Below are positions 1 to 12,153 of a stretch of 34,610 nucleotides of DNA, one piece after another; positions within the stretch are counted from its first letter, which is position 1; every line of letters begins with the position of its first letter. Below the pieces are notes generated by a model, which saw nothing but the letters and a program-made list of their open reading frames with translations, searched no databases and was not told the origin of the DNA. A program made the translations under genes and the position numbers. Source of the stretch: Diploschistes diacapsis (taxonomy: Eukaryota); NCBI GenBank assembly GCA_023645945.1, contig JALAIB010000082.1, positions 1-34,610 on the forward strand, given 5' to 3'.

Positions 1-959
1 CCCTTCGATGCCTCCGCCCCGAGCCCCTGGCCCCTCTCTTCCGTCCCCGAACTCCACCCGCCAAAGCCCACCATCACCCGCCCCACCGTCCGCAGCACGT
101 CCGCCGGGCTCAGATTATCCCACACCCCATCGCTCCCGAAAACGAAGACGTCCCCGTGCCTGACGTCGTGGTGGCTCACCGTGGCGTCGCCCGGCATGTC
201 GTGCAGCATGTCGCCGCCAAACGCTCTGCTCTGGGCCAGCATGGCGGGCGGCACCAGGCTGAGCTGGTAGGGCGTGTTGAAGGCGTGCGTCTGCGGCTCG
301 GAGGCGTAGTGGATGCGGCCGGGCCGCAGCTGCACGAAGCCCGAGTCACCCAGGTTCGCGACCTCTAGCCGCCCGTCTGGCCGCGCGACGGCCACACACG
401 CCGTCGTCCCGCCCCCCTCGACGTCCGGGTCCGCCGAGACGGCGTCGTAGCCGTGCTGCAGCAGGTCGAGGGGCCGCAGCGCGCTCGCCCGGCCCGAGGA
501 CATGTTCTGCGCGTGCTCTTGCATGTGGCGGCACAGGCCGTGCGAGAAGTCGGCTGGGTCGATGCCCGCGTCCGTCCAGCCGCCGACGCCGTCGGCGACG
601 GCGAAGGCGAGGGTGTGGGATTGGGGGGCCGGGCCGATGCTGGCGATGAAGAAGGCGTCTTGGCCGCTGTTTGGGCGGTGCTTTTTGGAGGGGCTGGTGC
701 GGCGGGCGGCGGGCGAGGCGGGGGAGAAGTGGTACATGTCGTTCTGGGGCCGGTAGCGTGTGCCTTTACCGGAGAAGGATGCGGCGAGGCGGTAGGTGAA
801 GGTGGGGTCTGGGGCGGTTGTGGAGTAGGCCGTGCATTGGTAGGCGTCGCGGTGGGCAAGGAAAGGAGGAGTCGCGAGGCAGGCTGAGGTTGGGGAGGCG
901 AGGATTGGGAAAAGGGCGAGTGGGAGGGCTTTGGTTGCCCGCATCCTAGCTGTGAGCAT
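1..959 (-). CDS. PTC7: PP2C-family protein phosphatase, PTC7/Azr1 type (probably mitochondrial); 3' end lies outside the window
   Basis: Manual minus-strand translation from ATG 959 (or 944): MLTARMRATKAL...SGQDAFF...AVADGVGGW...DPADFSHGLC...GGGTTAC...ANLGDSGF...QTHAFNTPYQLS...GDVFVFGSDGVWDNL. These are the diagnostic PTC7 motifs. The frame is open to the window edge, which is why it is missing from the ORF track. Confidence 0.93.
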   Translation of the reverse strand, partial: MLTARMRATKALPLALFPILASPTSACLATPPFLAHRDAYQCTAYSTTAPDPTFTYRLAASFSGKGTRYRPQNDMYHFSPASPAARRTSPSKKHRPNSGQDAFFIASIGPAPQSHTLAFAVADGVGGWTDAGIDPADFSHGLCRHMQEHAQNMSSGRASALRPLDLLQHGYDAVSADPDVEGGGTTACVAVARPDGRLEVANLGDSGFVQLRPGRIHYASEPQTHAFNTPYQLSLVPPAMLAQSRAFGGDMLHDMPGDATVSHHDVRHGDVFVFGSDGVWDNLSPADVLRTVGRVMVGFGGWSSGTEERGQGLGAEASK

Positions 960-3010
960 TGGCTAGAGCAGGATGGCCATTGTTTCCGGATTGAGAGTCG
1001 AAACTCAGGTGGGTTGTCGTGCAATTAGGAAGACAAGAATGTCTGTTTTTACTTATTATGAAATTAGCAGTTCGCTTCCTTGGCACTCTCCTTCCTTTTC
1101 CTACTAGGTGTTTATGCTTCCCGGCGCGAGCCCGCCTGGCTTGAATTTTGATTTCGGGATTCTGGGCTTGGGCTTTCGGCTTTCGACAAATTACTACTAT
1201 CACTTTCGTCACCCTTTTTACCAACCTTCTACCATGAGTTACAGCGATTCTCGAAGCTAAATACAATCCCTGTAATGCGCCCCTTGATGCTGCTCTGACA
1301 AGTGGAAAATCCCAAATCCCAAACCCCGAAATGCAATAAAGTAACCGCTCGTATCTTCTTCTCCTTATGAGGGTAGCTCCGAAAAGAGCAGTTTTCTTCC
1401 GGAGCCACTACATTAGTCTACATAGCTCCTATTATACTCCATACGCCTCCTTCTCGAGGTGCGAGACGACATGGTGCTGGCTGTTACCACAGTGGTTCAA
1501 ACAACGACAATAATGGAACCCTGTTGCCACTCGACTGACATGTAGCCAGCAGACTCTCGAGGTACGCCTGGCCGAGGCGGCAAGGAACCCCATTTCAGTG
1601 CATCCATAGGTCATTTCCGGGTAAGGAAGCTTTGTGACGACAAAAGCCGAATCCCATGCAGGGTTGGGGGAGGCCTCTACTACAGCTTCATCACCAGGTA
1701 GGTTTCTAGTAGCTTTTCATTTCAATCTGCAGGCACCAGGCGTCATGTCTTTCCGAGGTTTGGTATACTGCTCATGTCTCTCTATAGAGAACCTTGGCTA
1801 CATGGTCATCTTGTCAAAAGCCTGTCTGGCAGGCAGCCTGCCTCTACATCGCGAAGTTCTCTTTTGTCCCAAACAGGGGAATCCTATGCTTATTGGCCAT
1901 GGATGATCACCCAAGAGACTGGAGTCCGAAGCCCGCTGCGGTAGCTGCGTATACTTGCTTGCATCTACTTGCTTTGTAGCGTAAGTGAGTGGAAATGCAA
2001 GCAGAGTGGCATTTCTTGTTCCTAACTCGATACCCGTTGTTCTATGTACCGTTTTGTTGTTGTACCACCTCAAGCTTATCTTTTGAGCGCTTATAATATA
2101 TGTTAGTGTGGAGCTTCCATCATTGTCATGACGCTCATTCGCCTTTTGTATAAAGTTCCTGTCTCTTCTGCTGCTGCACAGGTACGGAGATGCGCCCTAG
2201 GCTGGCTGGGCTACCCGGTCTAGTAATTTGAATCTTATCAGCCCAAATTAAAGGTTCCTTCTTCACTTTGTTGCATTCCATTGACCTCCCAATCAGGATT
2301 ACCACCACGACCGTGGCTCCCGATTCCCGTCTCCGAAGCAGAAAAACTCAGAGCCACAGTCCCCCATAAAGGCTGGCAAGTCCCCAGCTCGCTGTTGTTG
2401 CTCTTGGAACTTTGAACATAACTGCCTACGAGTTCTCTGTTCATGTCATTCATGGTGGAGTCTCTCGCATGAGCTGGTCTCCGCCATCCATTCTAACAAC
2501 AGGTTGCTATTTTGGTGGAAGGAAGCACTGTGTTCCTCTACCTCGTACTCTTTCAAGAAGCGTCCATCTGCCGCGCATGCTGACCTACAACCTTATAGGC
2601 CAGCGTCTGCATCTGTGCGTGGCACGTTTCACTTAGCGCCGATTGATCATTGCATAGACACGCGGCACAAAGAGCCTCAGCTCACTGTTTCCAATCCAAT
2701 CGGCTACAAGATAACAGATTTGTTTCTAGTTAATTCTTTTTTTACAAACCCCCGGCTGCACGTTGATACTTTGCCTCATACGTTTGTCTTTGCTCAAAAG
2801 CATCTGTCGAGCCCAACTTCAACGCAAAGAAAACATTTATCGGCCATCTCAACTTCTCGAAAACTTAAAAGGCATCTGCACTCTGCACCTCGCTTCTGCC
2901 TCGAGCGAATCAGCCAACAAACGACTGCAGCTTTGATAGCAATAGGCTCCAGCAGTAAGGTAGCTGCTTATCGAGACCTTGCAACATACTCTCGCACGGC
3001 CAAGGTTCCT

Positions 3011-4520
3011 ATGAGCAAGAATTCACAAGCAGTGAACCCCAACGGGAAAGCCTTTGAAGCCACAGGTCAACCATTGTCCCCACAACTATCGGAAGACCTG
3101 AAGCAGATATCAATGGAGGCATTCAGCGAGGAGGACAGTTATCAGGACACTTGGAGCCAGTATCCAAGCTACCAGACCGGATCCCAGCCCCTGACGGTTG
3201 ATTCAAATCAACATGCTTTCAGTACAAACATTCAACAAGCGTCCAGATACCAGAGCGATTCTGTTCCTGAATCGACATATTCGCCACAGACTCACGGTGC
3301 AAGACGGTCTTGGAGAGAGGAACCGTCCATCAGTCCAATGAATTACAATCAAGGAGCGCTTCAGAACCATGTGTCGCCCATATCTCCCATGACACCAGGC
3401 TTTCCTTTGGTACCTGACTCCACAGGTCGGCAATTGGTGTTCGAAGATAATGTTCAGTCGACCTGTACACCGGCTCATGGCATGCCGCAACACTATGAAG
3501 GCTCTCTCGGTTTGCCGCCGCAGACACCACCTCGCGATATCTACGGTTCATTCGGAAGTGCTCCGAATTCATGCACATATACGCCGTTCCAGTCTCCGGA
3601 CTCAGAATTTCTTGTTCAATCACCTCGGCTCATCCAAGAACAACACATCTCCGCACTCAACCATGGTCAACAGGAAAATCTGAGAAAGAGCGCTGTTGGA
3701 CCGATTCGGTGAGTTTTCCTGTGAACCTGCACAGTCTTCGTCTTACGCAACACAGAACCTCGGTCCGGAAGGAAAGAAAAGACCCTGGGCTATTTATCGC
3801 GGATAGGAGCCTTTTCGGTCAGAATACTGGAACAACATCGTTGCAGCGTAGCGGCAACAGCTGGAGCACATCCGGTCACGGTTCTTTCGGTTCCAATCCC
3901 TCAGCGTACGATTCTTCAGCGTTTTGGGGAACTTCAGGTCTCAACCCTCTGTAAGTCTCTCATGGATTTGTTACTTGGTTTTTCCTGGACCTGATGGTCT
4001 TTTCTTCGCGATTTATGGGCTCTCAAAACCTAGAGAGCAAACCCCTAAATCAAGTGCTCCAGTCGCGGCTATTTCTCCGCAAGCTGATTCCATAGATAGA
4101 TGCTCAGAAAGTCCCGCTACTCCCTTGTCGACAAGGTCGGCCCATCAGTCGACTTCACCGTGTCCTTGTGGTCGACAACCCAGAACAGCCGGACCAGAAC
4201 CCCCGAGCGATTGGAGAAAGCCAGGCTCCGAACCTTATAATCCATCAGGACGGCGACGCCGAAGCACACATTCAGAATTCACGGACTGGCATCAGCCAAA
4301 ACCAGGCTCAACCGACACTTGTATTTGTGGAGTAACTTTCAAGGGCATGCAATTGAAGTCAAGAAAAGGAAACTTGCGCCGACATTGTTCAGAGCATAAC
4401 AACCGTGATGCTTTCAAATGCGAACACTGTCATCATGCTACATCAAGACAGACCAATCTCGACGAGCACGTCAACGCCCGCCACAAAGACGTGTCACCGG
4501 CTACAGCAACCAGTGCATGA
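3011..4520 (+). CDS. C2H2 zinc-finger transcription factor with Ser/Pro/Gln-rich N-terminus and two C-terminal fingers; 3 exons
   Basis: Exons 3011-3708, 3756-3950 and 4034-4520 join three track ORFs in frame through GTGAGT..CAG (3709-3755) and GTAAGT..TAG (3951-4033) introns. C-terminus has CICGVTF...GNLRRHCSEH and FKCEHCHHATSRQTNLDEHVNARH. Confidence 0.8.
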
Positions 4521-6429
4521 TTTCTTCAACATCCACCTGGGTCCCTCCAAAGCTCCTCGGAAGCTGAAGCTTGGAATTTAAGACGAGATGTTAAATGACC
4601 CCATCATATCTGCTGGCTGCTGATCCAGAGGTTGAGATCTTGCACAAGCTAGATCAGATGCTAAGCCATGAGAAGACCAGGGGAACCTAATAATGACTCA
4701 CCATAAGAAGCTGTTGCTGGTATTCTCTTCAATTCTCATATTCCACATGCAACGGGAATTGGATTTTCTCATGTCCATATAACGTTTAATTTATCTTGTG
4801 CATCTCAAGAGTACAGGTTGCTTTAGTCCACAAAGAATCACACTGTGCCTGTTAACTATCCAAGCTCCTCCACGTATAAACTTGATAGGTCATTCGAAAA
4901 ATACTCAACAATAACCCGTAATGTATGTTAAAGCGAACCCAAGTACTTTGATATGTCGGAAATGGACGGGTTAGGGTTTCTGGGGCTTTAGACCTAGCTC
5001 GCTCAAAGTCCCGGAAACTTGCTCCTCCAAGCCGAGGCGCTATGGTGGAACTCTGTCTCCCAGCAAAGTCGCACATTCATTTGCTTGACCTTCTGTACTA
5101 CCTGTTCGGTCACACCGATGCAACAGACGCAATATGCACTGCACGCGAGGAACGCGACCTCTGGGCCACCCCTGCCTTCTCATCCCTCTTTCTTGCCTGC
5201 AAGCTTCGAGTCTCTTGTGCCTGGGGATTGGATGATAATTTCCCAAGGAGCATTTGGCGGGAATTTCGAGTATCACAGCCTCTCCATGGATGTAAGTTCA
5301 TCTGAAGAAACCCAGAACAGCCTGTGCTCCTAGAAATGGGATGCAAGTAGTCGCCCGGCGTTGATTACCTATGCATTGATCACAAGACAGTAATCTGTAG
5401 AAGACTGAGAGTTGGCCAAAGGCACATGCGCTAACGATGACTTTGACTGTCTTCAGCAACATCTCCTCGAATCAACTCGACTATATGAGGAAAGATTCAC
5501 TTAGAGTCGAACACTTGCATGAGATGAGATGAAAGGGTGAAAAGAAGCGATCGATATAAGAATAGCGAGACGGTTCGTAGCCTGACGCTATCGCTCGCTT
5601 CTCAGTGTTCACTTATTCCACCACCTTAGTCGGGCGCTGCACTAAACCTGCAGGCCCCCCCCTCTTGCTTCCTCGAAGCTTTTTCTTCAAGCTAAACGGC
5701 GGACTTGTTTCGCTCGGCATGTCTTAGTGGATGAGGGATGGCCAATCCTGGATACGGCACAAATGGCCTTTGCTGCCACTGTGAAGAGCTACACGAAGAA
5801 AGCGATACCCCACCGAGAAGTGATCTACGACACACTATATGGGCATCCACACAATGCCATTGGTATTCTCAAAGAGCCGAATTGCTTACCCTTGCCAGTG
5901 GGTACTGCATCTTCGGGTATCATCAGAATCCTTCTACTACTGTCAATAGCTAAGCCTGTAAGGTAGCAGGCGCTTGACGGTATCACATTGGATCTTGGTC
6001 TGACAGACGTGCTGGAGCACATGGTGGCATCGCAGGTCTTCGGAAGCAAGCATGAAAGCCGCAAAACGCAGCGTGCACCATGTAGTCATCTGTGGCCTAT
6101 CAGCGACCCAGAATCCCTACGCAGGAGCCGAACACAGGGCTGGCTTTCTGGAATGCCACAGTCTGATCTATGGAGGTATCGCTCAGTAGATCCTCGGCAA
6201 ATGGTCATTCTGGCAGACTAACCCAACAGTAACAACATCGACTTAGAATGCTTAGGCCAGGTATACGGGTTTGCAATTGCTCAAGACCTGTTCAGTTGCA
6301 GTCGAGGGAACCTTGGTGAGAGGGTAACCGGGTTCCACCACGGCGCAAAGTCCGCTCGACTCGCTATCTGCTCACCAAAAGATCTCCGGGCTTTCGCCGT
6401 TTCTGACTTGTGTCTGGCTTCTCATAGCA

Positions 6430-7301
6430 CTAATCCTCCCTCCTAGGGTGGTTTTCCACAATGATCTTACCGCCTACAAACAACCTCCCATCCCTCAAAC
6501 CTGACTTTTCCGCGGGACCTTTCCTGCCGTTTAGCACTGTCTTAGCAGCCTCGTCCCACCTTCCCCTCTCCCACTCAGTCCATTCTCCAGCTCGATTCGC
6601 CATTCCTCGAACGGGCGAACTAAGCAGGAAACTCTGCAACCCTTTCCAATCCTCCGTCTCCTCTTCACCACAGCCACTGATTTCTTTTCCGATACGGCCT
6701 CACTCGGAAGGACCTTCTTTAACAAGGAATTTCCCCAAGAAACCATCCTCCATGAACTCTAGCCCCAATACCAGCACAGGATGCGCCTCAGCCTAATCCT
6801 CGTCCTTGATCTTGTCTCCCGCCGCATCGATAAGATTTGACATCGCGAAGCACTTCCAAGTCGTGGTCACCGCTATTCCTCCCGGGCAGAGCGTGCGGCG
6901 AACCTCAGCCAGACACTGCGCCGTATTTTCCGCAAAGTGATTAATCCTATGGTTCGTGATGAAGTGCGTGATATGGCGCGTGTGGGAAGGCCTCGATGTC
7001 GCTCTTCCGCGCCGCCCCAAAGCCGTCGATCATGTCTGGGACATAGTCTGTCACTACGATCTTTTAGGCGATAGAATGCAGGAGGCCAGATGGGGGATCA
7101 AAGCTGTAATCGCGGTGCCCCGGCTGGCGGGCATTGTCATGGATTACCGAGGAAGACGTTAATTATAAAGAGATGGTCCGCCAGGTCGGCGAAGAGGTCC
7201 GCGTGGAGTTGCTTATTATATGAGCCTAGTTGGAACTATGGCGTCGAAGTAGGCTAAACGGCGGGCGGCGGGTGTGGCAGGAGTAGGGGCAGAAGAGACA
7301 T
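6430..7301 (-). pseudogene. Degraded class I SAM-dependent methyltransferase
   Basis: Segments across frames: ARRLAYFDAI, SSVIHDNA/ASRGTAITAL (motif I, frameshifted near 7130), TDYVPDMID, ITHFITN...CLAEVRRTLCPGGIAVTTTWK (motifs II/III), and WTEWERGRWDEA. Several frameshifts and in-frame stops (e.g. TAG at 6793-6795). Confidence 0.72.
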
Positions 7302-9710
7302 TTTTTTTTGGTGCTTAATTGATGCCCTTTGATGCGGAAACAGAAAACGTAGTACCTCACAAGGTAGATCTATCGCGGCGAACAGCCCCTCGCAGAGAAT
7401 CAGCAGATCCTTTCCCTATCAAGTTACGCGAGCGGCCGTCGAGTTGACGCTACTTCCAGCCTCCGACTTAACTTGACTTACGTGTGTGTATACGACTACA
7501 ATAGCCCCCAACCCCACTCAGTACGAGGTACCCAGGCGATATCAAGAACAAGTCGCACGCCAGACAAATCCCCCCTCCTCCACCCCTTGCAGGAGCTTCA
7601 ACTTCAAGCATGCTTCCGATCAAGTACAAAAATAGGCCTGACCCACTGGGAAGCTCTTCTCAGAAACTTCAAGCGCATCTTACAGTTGACCTGCAAGGAA
7701 AAGGAGGGGGGGGGTATTTGGTGTGCAAATTAATTTTTTATTTCGCATGTTTACCGTCAGCCTGGAGCACCTTGGCTTTTACCTTTCACCACCTATGGTA
7801 CCCCCGACAATGTCACGACAACATTCTTCCCTGAAAGGTCGCCCATTTCACGTGCTTTGGCATACCGCGTCGTTCCCAGAGCCTTGGAGATTATATATAT
7901 CCCATGGACTCCCGAATGGGGGCCTCGTTATCGGAAGCGCTTGGTTGTTCAAACCTTCACATGGGCCTCGAGAACAGAAGGCCGTCGCAAAACTTTACTT
8001 CCTAGGTACAGAGTTCGGGACAGGGCTAGCGTACCAAGCTTTAGTTATATATAATGTAGCCCTCCAAGTAAAGCATAAAACAATAACTAGGTAGGGTAGT
8101 TGCATCCGAGCTCTCAAAGTCACATGATCCCACTTGTTGTTGAGTTCTTATCTCCTGGGTTTTTTTCCAGCGCCCTATATGCACTGCAGTCTGCGGCTTT
8201 GACTCAACACTTTACGTTATGTTATACCTTTGCCGCCTCTTTTCCAACGGGCGTTGGTCGGTATAAGCTTTTGGCACGTGTGGGTCTGAGCGACATTCCT
8301 CGCTAGATAAACGTGCGAACCGCAGGGGTATTCGCAAGGGTTGGCTGGGGGTATCGATTGGGTTTGGTTAGTTGCAAAGACCAAAATGACTTTTCATCAC
8401 GTCTTGTTTTGTTTTGTATCGTATCATTTCCCTTGTTCTTTTTGTGGTAAACCCAAGCCTTCGTGAGCATCCGGGCTATTTTCCCTTTTCAATTCTCCTC
8501 AAGCCCGATGCTCGTTTACAGTTCTCCCCAAAAGCTCCGAGAATTTCCCAAGTAGCCCGCTTTCCCCCAAAGACCTTTTCCGCGCCAATTAGCCTTTTTC
8601 TGTCAATTGAACGAAGCAACGGAGGGAATCGATCGGAAGGCTACCAAGTAGGGGGGGGGCATAGGAAGAGGGAATGAAGAAAAAGCGAGATATGGGTAAG
8701 GTTTACGAGCAGAAAGGAGGCTCGGAAAGCTTGAAGATGGCTTCAGCTTCGGGCTGCCTGACAGTGCGCGACTCCCGCTCCACGTGTGGCTCTCGAACAA
8801 GCAAAACTGTGTGTGTGCGATCTCACACCTCGCTTTCCCACTCGAAACCCAGCAGGATGATGAAGCGCGACTTCGGAAATGGCGGTGAGGGGGGACATTA
8901 CTCTCGATTTAGACGATAATGGATAGTGGGCCGCCATGATGCCGAAACGCAGGACGGGAATCACGAATTACGAGGGTTATATATATATGTGTGTTATATT
9001 GCATATTTGTTCCTCCCTTGCTTTGTTCTCCTTGGGTCTTCCAGAGTTCGGATGGAGAGCTTAATAACGTAGCTCCGCAGTCTTCGCATGAGAAAGCGTT
9101 TCATTCTTCAAGGAATTTGGTGATTGGGGAAAGAATTCATGAAAGGGAGTTTTTAATAGCACAATGAGTTGAGATAAGGTTGCAGTCGAGCTTGGTTTTT
9201 GAATAAATGCCCCTCGTAACTTCTCATGATTCAACAGGTAACATCACGAATTTTAATCAACATGCCCTTGCTTCGGATGTCTATCCAAAAGCACTCCCCT
9301 CCCGTAGCATAGCGCGCTTGCTGCGGCTGAAAACAGCCACTACGACTTGACGACCGGAAGTGAGGCCATGCTTTATCGCCAGATGCCGAGTCACCATGTG
9401 TCTGTCTCCCTACTTTATGAATCATGGGCCTGACAAACGGTCCCGCCAACCACATCGCCCGCTCCATACCCCCTTTTCCTCAATCCAGTCTGTCACAGGT
9501 CCAGACTGAAGTCCCGTAACATGGGACATTACCCACAGCGCCCAACAAGTTATCTCCGTCCTTGCTCTTATCTAGCCAAAGGCCTTCCATCAGCAGTCTT
9601 ATAACGAGCACAAAACACCACGCGCCACACACTGAATGACACATACCATACACCACATTCCTTCAACACACCACGCCCCAGTTCCAATCCCAACCACAAC
9701 TGCTGCACCT

Positions 9711-11546
9711 TCACCCCCAAGACCTCCCCCCCTCTACCGCAAGAATATACCCCACAACCCAATCCTGCGGCACGCCAACCGCCCAGCGCGGGAAGAAATT
9801 CCGATGCGCATTCCGCCAGCTCTTCGGCCTGCGCTCGCTCCTGCGCGGCAGCACGGGAGAGGAGACGGTTGCGCCGACGGCAGCGATTCCGCTCCTCCCT
9901 CCAGCGGCAGCAGCAAGCCTCCGCTCTCCATATCCGTCCCCACCACCTTCTTCCCCATCCCCATCCCTCTTTCCATCCTCGTCCCCGGCCTCGCGCAGAG
10001 CCGCATCCGCAACCACGCCCCCTTCCCCGTTCCGTCCCACCGTATCCAGCGCGCCCACCCCATGCCGAGCTCGTGCCTCGGGAGCTCTGAGCTGGGCGCA
10101 TATGCTATTCCAGAGCGGCGTGGCGGCGCGCTCGTCTGGGGCGCTGTCTTTTTCGTTGGCCTCGGCGTCCGGCGCAGGGGTTCCATGTCTGGCAGAGGAG
10201 CGCGTCGAGCGCGCGGACTTGGAGCGCTTCATATCCGTGCTGCTGCGGGGCATGTCCGGTCTCATGGAGACGGACCTGGCTCTCGCGATGATGGGCTGTT
10301 CCCCTGGCGGCTCGGCCGCCTTCGATTTCGGCGCTGCGGTTTGCATCCGCGCGGGAAAGGGGTCCGCCGGGTTTCGGGGCGGGGGGGGCCGGCGGTCTTC
10401 GCGGTTACTGTCCTTGATGAACGTCTTCTGTGCGGTTCTGTTGGGCATTTTGCGGCTGCGGTGTCTGGCTAATAGGCGCGCTCTTGGCGTGGCTCTGCTT
10501 GTTTCTGGATAGTCCTCTGGGGGAGACTCAGAGGAGGGCGCTCGCGCTTGGTCTGAGATGTCGGAGAGGCGGCTGCTGTCGGGGCTTGCTGTTTTTATGT
10601 AGTCGGCTTCTCGGGCGAGCAGGTCGATTCTGATCTCGCCCTCTAGCGACGGCTGAGGCACGATGTCGGGGAGCTGTAGGATGTTGGCTAGCCGGGTGCC
10701 GGACGCGGGGCCCTCGCTGGCGGTCTGATACTCGCCTGATTCGCTGTCGTGTTTGTCGGGAGCGTGTTGTTGCTGGTGGCGAAGCTGTCCGGCTGCGTTG
10801 CGTGGACTGAGTCTGGGGTGGGACCAAAACGGCTCGTAGCGTCCGCTGTCATTGCTGCCGTTGCCGTTGTCTTTCTCGCTTGCTCGGGGAAATAGTCCCT
10901 TCAAACTTGCCCTAGGTAATTTGGGTTTCGAAAGCTTTGCCAAAGCTGAAGAATCTTCCCCCGGTCCCTTGCTGAAGATATTGCCCTTGTTCATAGGCCC
11001 ATCAGCTTCCTTGGCGGGTGCCTTGTTCGAGCTGATGACGCTACGCTCTGGCCTTCTTTCCTTGAGCGACGTCCTGTTGGAGCTGAAAAGAGGGCTGCTC
11101 ATCCGCCTTTGTGAGCCAGCGCTTCTACTCAGGCCTGGGCCGCTAGCGTTATCCGCCCAGAAGTCCCTGATCGAATCACGGATGGAGCTCAAAGCGGTCT
11201 TGCCGCTACCACTTGTTCGAGGAGAGCCACTGTCAAAATCTGGAAGTGCAGAGAAGTCGTCATCTCGGGCGGTCGCATCCGATTCTTCCTCGATCCTCTC
11301 ATTGTATGTTGACGGTAGTGCCGCGTAGGGCGATGACGGGTCTTCACCAGGAGGACGAGAGCTCACCGGCGTATGGAGACGCCGTGGCAGACGCGTATTC
11401 CTTGGCATTCGTACAGAACTTGACCTCCTGATCGACCCCTGCGGTGTGCCGTCTCTGCTTGAACGAGGGTCTGGGGTGACAGCTGGTGCCTTGGCATGCA
11501 GCTTTGGGGCTAATGCCTCGTCTGATCTGTGCGATCGAAATACCAT
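9711..11546 (-). CDS. Hypothetical low-complexity Ser/Arg/Pro-rich protein, about 611 aa, probably largely disordered
   Basis: 686-codon stop-free frame 9711-11771. The likely start is MVFRSHRS (ATG 11546), preceded by a pyrimidine-rich leader-like stretch. No recognisable domain. Confidence 0.7.
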   Translation of the reverse strand: MVFRSHRSDEALAPKLHAKAPAVTPDPRSSRDGTPQGSIRRSSSVRMPRNTRLPRRLHTPVSSRPPGEDPSSPYAALPSTYNERIEEESDATARDDDFSALPDFDSGSPRTSGSGKTALSSIRDSIRDFWADNASGPGLSRSAGSQRRMSSPLFSSNRTSLKERRPERSVISSNKAPAKEADGPMNKGNIFSKGPGEDSSALAKLSKPKLPRASLKGLFPRASEKDNGNGSNDSGRYEPFWSHPRLSPRNAAGQLRHQQQHAPDKHDSESGEYQTASEGPASGTRLANILQLPDIVPQPSLEGEIRIDLLAREADYIKTASPDSSRLSDISDQARAPSSESPPEDYPETSRATPRARLLARHRSRKMPNRTAQKTFIKDSNREDRRPPPPRNPADPFPARMQTAAPKSKAAEPPGEQPIIARARSVSMRPDMPRSSTDMKRSKSARSTRSSARHGTPAPDAEANEKDSAPDERAATPLWNSICAQLRAPEARARHGVGALDTVGRNGEGGVVADAALREAGDEDGKRDGDGEEGGGDGYGERRLAAAAGGRSGIAAVGATVSSPVLPRRSERRPKSWRNAHRNFFPRWAVGVPQDWVVGYILAVEGGRSWG

Positions 11547-12153
11547 CTTAGGTGCGTGTTTAGTAGACCGCAAGGGCAAAGAAGATACTGAAGATGCCGC
11601 CAACGATAGTGAATATGAAAACGAAGGGAAAGATGGATAACCTCCATTGGTAGAGGAGTAGACGAACATCTTGGACAAGGACTGTCCGAGCCCACGCCAA
11701 CCTAATCGGCTTCTATTGGAAGGTGCGTCCTGTGCCCATACTTGGAAGGTGCTCACATGTCGACTCGGCAATGGTCCTTCAAATTAAAATAGGTTATGAG
11801 AAACTCAAAACGCTTAGACCAAGCATGCATATGTGACGTACAGATTGGGAAAGCACAATCATGTAGAGCAAGAAGGGCACCAAAAGACGAGTAAACGCAT
11901 CTTAAAGAATAGGTAGGTTGGATATTGTATCAAAAAGATGTGGTGAAAATGCAAAGTTACCCCACAGATCAGCAGAAAGACAATCACGATTATCACCAGA
12001 TAGGTAAAGGTCGTAGCGGGCAAGAAAAAATTCCTTGTCACGCATTCAAGCTGCGGTAATGATGGGACGAGGTATCTTATCTGGATTTTAGAAGCAACAT
12101 CTAGATTCACATTTCCATTGCTGTGGAATCGTTTGCCTTGACTTCACTTTCTA

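Noticed and set aside
156..1024. Several track ORFs (156-368, 346-534, 365-1024, 453-887, 502-756)
   Set aside because: Antisense or off-frame shadows of the GC-rich PTC7 coding sequence.
9486..9527. Two small tandem hairpins (CAGTCTG/CAGACTG and GTCCC/GGGAC)
   Set aside because: Stems of 5-7 bp are expected by chance, and intrinsic terminators do not apply to fungal Pol II genes.
9568..11640. Long overlapping ORFs such as 9636-10472 (+), 9734-10186 (-) and 10852-11328 (+)
   Set aside because: GC-rich shadow frames of the 686-codon minus-strand ORF, with no domain-like content.
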